From Longimicrobiales bacterium (GTDB taxonomy: Bacteria > Gemmatimonadota > Gemmatimonadetes > Longimicrobiales > Gaopeijiaceae), in the NCBI GenBank assembly GCA_963664435.2, contig CAXXKM010000003.1, positions 864,001 to 928,000 on the forward strand: 64,000 nt of DNA, given 5' to 3'. Shown here one piece after another: positions 61,297-64,000 of the stretch. The translations under genes were made by a program, and so were the position numbers. The first letter of the stretch is position 1. Each line of letters begins with the position of its first letter. The notes under the pieces are model-generated. The model saw nothing but the letters and a program-made list of their open reading frames with translations, made no database searches and was not told the DNA's origin.

Positions 61297-62595
61297 ATGA
61301 AGAAGACCGCGATCAAGCGACGCGAACGCGACGCCATCGTTCAGGCGCTCCGGGCGGGGGTCGTACCCAAGCTGGGATTGCGACACATCCAGGTCGGGCG
61401 GGTGCGCGAAATCGAGGAACTGGTCCGTGACCTCGACCGGAACTGTGATGGGGGAGCTGCGATCCGCTTTGTGATCGGCGAGTACGGGTCGGGTAAGACC
61501 TTTTTCCTCAACCTGATTCGTCTGATCGCGCTGGAAAAGGGAATGGTGGTTCTGTCGGCGGACCTGACACCTGACCGACGGCTCCAGGCCACGGGTGGCC
61601 AGGCGCGGTCACTCTATGCCGAGATGGCGCGGAATGCTTCCACCCGCACCAAGCTCGATGGCGGTGCCATGGGTTCGGTCGTTGAGAGATTCGCCAGCCA
61701 AGCAGTCCATACGGCGGAGAATACCGGCCGGGAGCCCGTAGCGGTGATTCGCGAGAAACTCGCCCATCTGCAGGAACTGACCGGGGGCTATGACTTCGCA
61801 GAGGTCATAGCTCGCTACTGGGAGGGCTTCGATACCGGTAACGAGAAACTCTGCTCCGCTGCGCTTCGTTGGCTCAGGGCGGAGTACTCGACGAAAACTG
61901 AAGCGCGCAAGGCACTCGGCGTCCGAACCATAATCAGTGACGCCAACATTTACGACCAGCTGAAGCTGCTGGCCTCGTTTGTGCGAGAAGCCGGCTACCA
62001 GGGATTGCTTGTCTCACTCGACGAGTTGGTCAACCTCTACAAGCTGACATCTTCCCAGGCCCGGAAAGGGAACTTCGAGCAGATCCTGCGCATCCTCAAC
62101 GACGTGCTTCAGGGCACCACGAGTCACCTCGGGTTCATCCTGGCCGGGACGCCCGAGTTCCTGATGGACACCCGTCGTGGCCTTTACAGCTACGAGGCTC
62201 TGCAGTCCAGGCTGACGGAGAATCCGTTTGCCCAGGGCGGACTCGTCGACCTGTCGGGGCCCGTAGTCCGCCTGGCCAACCTGACGCAGGAGGACATCTA
62301 CGTCCTCCTAGTCAACATCCGCCGGGTGATGCAGGGGGATGATGCCACCCTGCCGGATCGTGCACTCACGGCCTTCATGACGCACTGCTCCGAGCGCATT
62401 GGAGATGCCTATTTTCGGACTCCCCGCAATACCGTCACGGCTTTCGTGAATCTTCTCGCCGTGCTTGAACAGAACCCAGGTGCGGATTGGCAAACTCTGA
62501 TCGGCTCGGTGAACCTGTCCCAAGACCATGGGGATGACACGAGCGAGATTTCGGATGACGGGTCGCACGATGAGTTCGCCACATTCAAACTCTGA
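61297..62595 (+). CDS. sngB: Shango SngB-like P-loop ATPase (DUF2791/BrxD-like)
   Basis: ALRAGVVP..GL..IQVGR, GEYGSGKT (Walker A), LDELVNLY (Walker B) and GLYSYEALQSRL. Confidence 0.9.
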   Translation: MKKTAIKRRERDAIVQALRAGVVPKLGLRHIQVGRVREIEELVRDLDRNCDGGAAIRFVIGEYGSGKTFFLNLIRLIALEKGMVVLSADLTPDRRLQATGGQARSLYAEMARNASTRTKLDGGAMGSVVERFASQAVHTAENTGREPVAVIREKLAHLQELTGGYDFAEVIARYWEGFDTGNEKLCSAALRWLRAEYSTKTEARKALGVRTIISDANIYDQLKLLASFVREAGYQGLLVSLDELVNLYKLTSSQARKGNFEQILRILNDVLQGTTSHLGFILAGTPEFLMDTRRGLYSYEALQSRLTENPFAQGGLVDLSGPVVRLANLTQEDIYVLLVNIRRVMQGDDATLPDRALTAFMTHCSERIGDAYFRTPRNTVTAFVNLLAVLEQNPGADWQTLIGSVNLSQDHGDDTSEISDDGSHDEFATFKL

Positions 62596-64000
62596 GGGGT
62601 CGCAAGGGTTCAGTAGGCTTGCTGATCCCGTGCAGCGTTGGATCTGGATGAAGGGATGGAAGACTCTTCACGAGATTCAGGAACGCGCGATTTCGACGCT
62701 GCTCGATGACAACCGGGACGTGATCATTGCCGCCGCCACCGCCGGTGGCAAGACAGAGGCCGCCTTCCTGCCGTTGATCTCCTCGGTGCTGAAAGATCCC
62801 CACAAGGACGGCTTCGATCTGGTCTACATTAGCCCGCTCAAGGCGCTGATTAACGACCAGTTCGGACGTCTGCAGGACCTCTGTGCGAAGATCGAACTGC
62901 CCGTCTATCCCTGGCACGGGGACATTTCTCGAGGAATCAAGGCTCGTGCCCGCAGGAAGCCACGTGGCGTCCTCTTGATCACCCCGGAATCGCTTGAGGC
63001 GCTCTTCGTGCTGCGAGGCCTTGAGATTCCACGGCTGTTCATTGGCGCAAGGGCAATCATCGTCGACGAGTTGCACGCTTTTCTGGACAATGAGCGCGGG
63101 ATCCACTTGCGGTCGCTCTTGACGCGGCTTGAGCTGGCTGTTGGTCGCCGGATCCGACGGGTGGGGTTGTCCGCAACGTTGGGCGAAATGGAGTTGGCAC
63201 AAAAGTACGTTCGGCCGGAAGCACCGGATGGGGTCGTTGTACTTGAAGACAGGTCGGCAAGTCAGGAACTCAAAGCCCAGCTTCGGGGCTACGTCCGGCA
63301 GGGGAATCAACCGAACAGCGATGACTCGGATGGAATGGCTGCACAGGACGCGGTAGCAAGCCATCTGTTTGACAGACTGCGTGGCAGCCGAAACCTGGTG
63401 TTCGCGGGGTCGCGCCAGAACGTTGAGTGGTATGCTGATGCGCTGCGCGAACGCTCGGAGAGCGCGCGTCTGCCAGCCGAGTTCTTCCCACACCACGCCA
63501 GTTTGTCTCGCGAGCACCGGATGGACTTGGAGGAGCGTCTGAAGACCCATCCGGCGACCACCGCCGTGTGCACGTCGACGTTGGAGCTCGGCATCGACAT
63601 AGGCGACATCGAGTGTGTAGCGCAGATCGGCCCGCCATTCTCCGTCGCATCGCTTCGACAGCGGCTCGGCAGATCAGGGCGGCGTGCGGGCGCACCCGCT
63701 ATTCTGCGTATGTATCAGATCGAGTCGGCGCCGAACGCGGACTCTCATCCGCTCGACCGTCTGCACCTGGGCCTAGTCCGCTCTATCGCGATGGTGGAGC
63801 TGTTGGTCAGCGGGTGGTGCGAACCCCCTCTTCCGCAGGCGCTTCACCTTTCTACGCTCGTCCATCAGATCCTGTCGGTGATCGCCGAACACGGGGGTAC
63901 CCGCGCAACCCACCTCTATGCGACGCTTTGCAAGCGGGGTCCATTCCGATGCGTTGAACCCCCATTGTTTGCACGCCTGCTCAGACAACTCGGAAGCCCC
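62570..64000 (+). CDS. sngC: Shango SngC-like DEAD/DEAH (Lhr-like) helicase, runs off window
   Basis: Not in the ORF track. Manual translation gives ATAGGKTEAAFLP, SPLKALINDQ, ITPESLE, VDELH, LSAT, TSTLELGIDIG and QRLGRSGRR; alternative start at 62555; overlaps the sngB end. Confidence 0.92.
   Translation, partial: MSSPHSNSEGSQGFSRLADPVQRWIWMKGWKTLHEIQERAISTLLDDNRDVIIAAATAGGKTEAAFLPLISSVLKDPHKDGFDLVYISPLKALINDQFGRLQDLCAKIELPVYPWHGDISRGIKARARRKPRGVLLITPESLEALFVLRGLEIPRLFIGARAIIVDELHAFLDNERGIHLRSLLTRLELAVGRRIRRVGLSATLGEMELAQKYVRPEAPDGVVVLEDRSASQELKAQLRGYVRQGNQPNSDDSDGMAAQDAVASHLFDRLRGSRNLVFAGSRQNVEWYADALRERSESARLPAEFFPHHASLSREHRMDLEERLKTHPATTAVCTSTLELGIDIGDIECVAQIGPPFSVASLRQRLGRSGRRAGAPAILRMYQIESAPNADSHPLDRLHLGLVRSIAMVELLVSGWCEPPLPQALHLSTLVHQILSVIAEHGGTRATHLYATLCKRGPFRCVEPPLFARLLRQLGSP

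Noticed and set aside
59087..62595. Tellurite resistance operon or BREX system
   Set aside because: No other ter or brx/pgl genes in the window; the three-gene layout fits Shango

Overview
GC-rich bacterial chromosomal window. The gene content suggests Gemmatimonadota (SusC/SusD pair, Ig-like and 6-bladed beta-propeller lipoproteins, many Tat substrates); this assignment is inference only. Housekeeping genes (secD-secF-tatD-mutL, murB, thrB-thrC, ilvE, lepB) alternate with accessory blocks: a SusC/SusD locus with an S9-like peptidase, a 3-ketoglycoside-type oxidative glycoside degradation cluster (two Gfo/Idh/MocA, DUF1080, two TIM barrels, GMC plus subunit 3, MFS), an HmuY-like protein with a TonB receptor, a DUF3299/ABC transporter, a degenerate vapBC module and tandem cupins. 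The right end holds a lower-GC Shango-type anti-phage operon (TerB-domain sngA with a frameshift, DUF2791-type ATPase sngB, Lhr-like helicase sngC running off the window). The most unusual observations are: (1) two paralogous S9-family proteins that keep the Ser nucleophile but both lack the canonical catalytic Asp and His; (2) one of them is bracketed by a duplicated 3' end of ilvE, which looks like an integration scar; (3) a 58-aa antitoxin, absent from the ORF track, that has lost its DNA-binding N-terminus; (4) a PLP decarboxylase apparently lacking the catalytic-loop Tyr; (5) a hairpin-dense ~530-bp leader upstream of susC. No rRNA, tRNA, CRISPR array, transposase or integrase was recognised.
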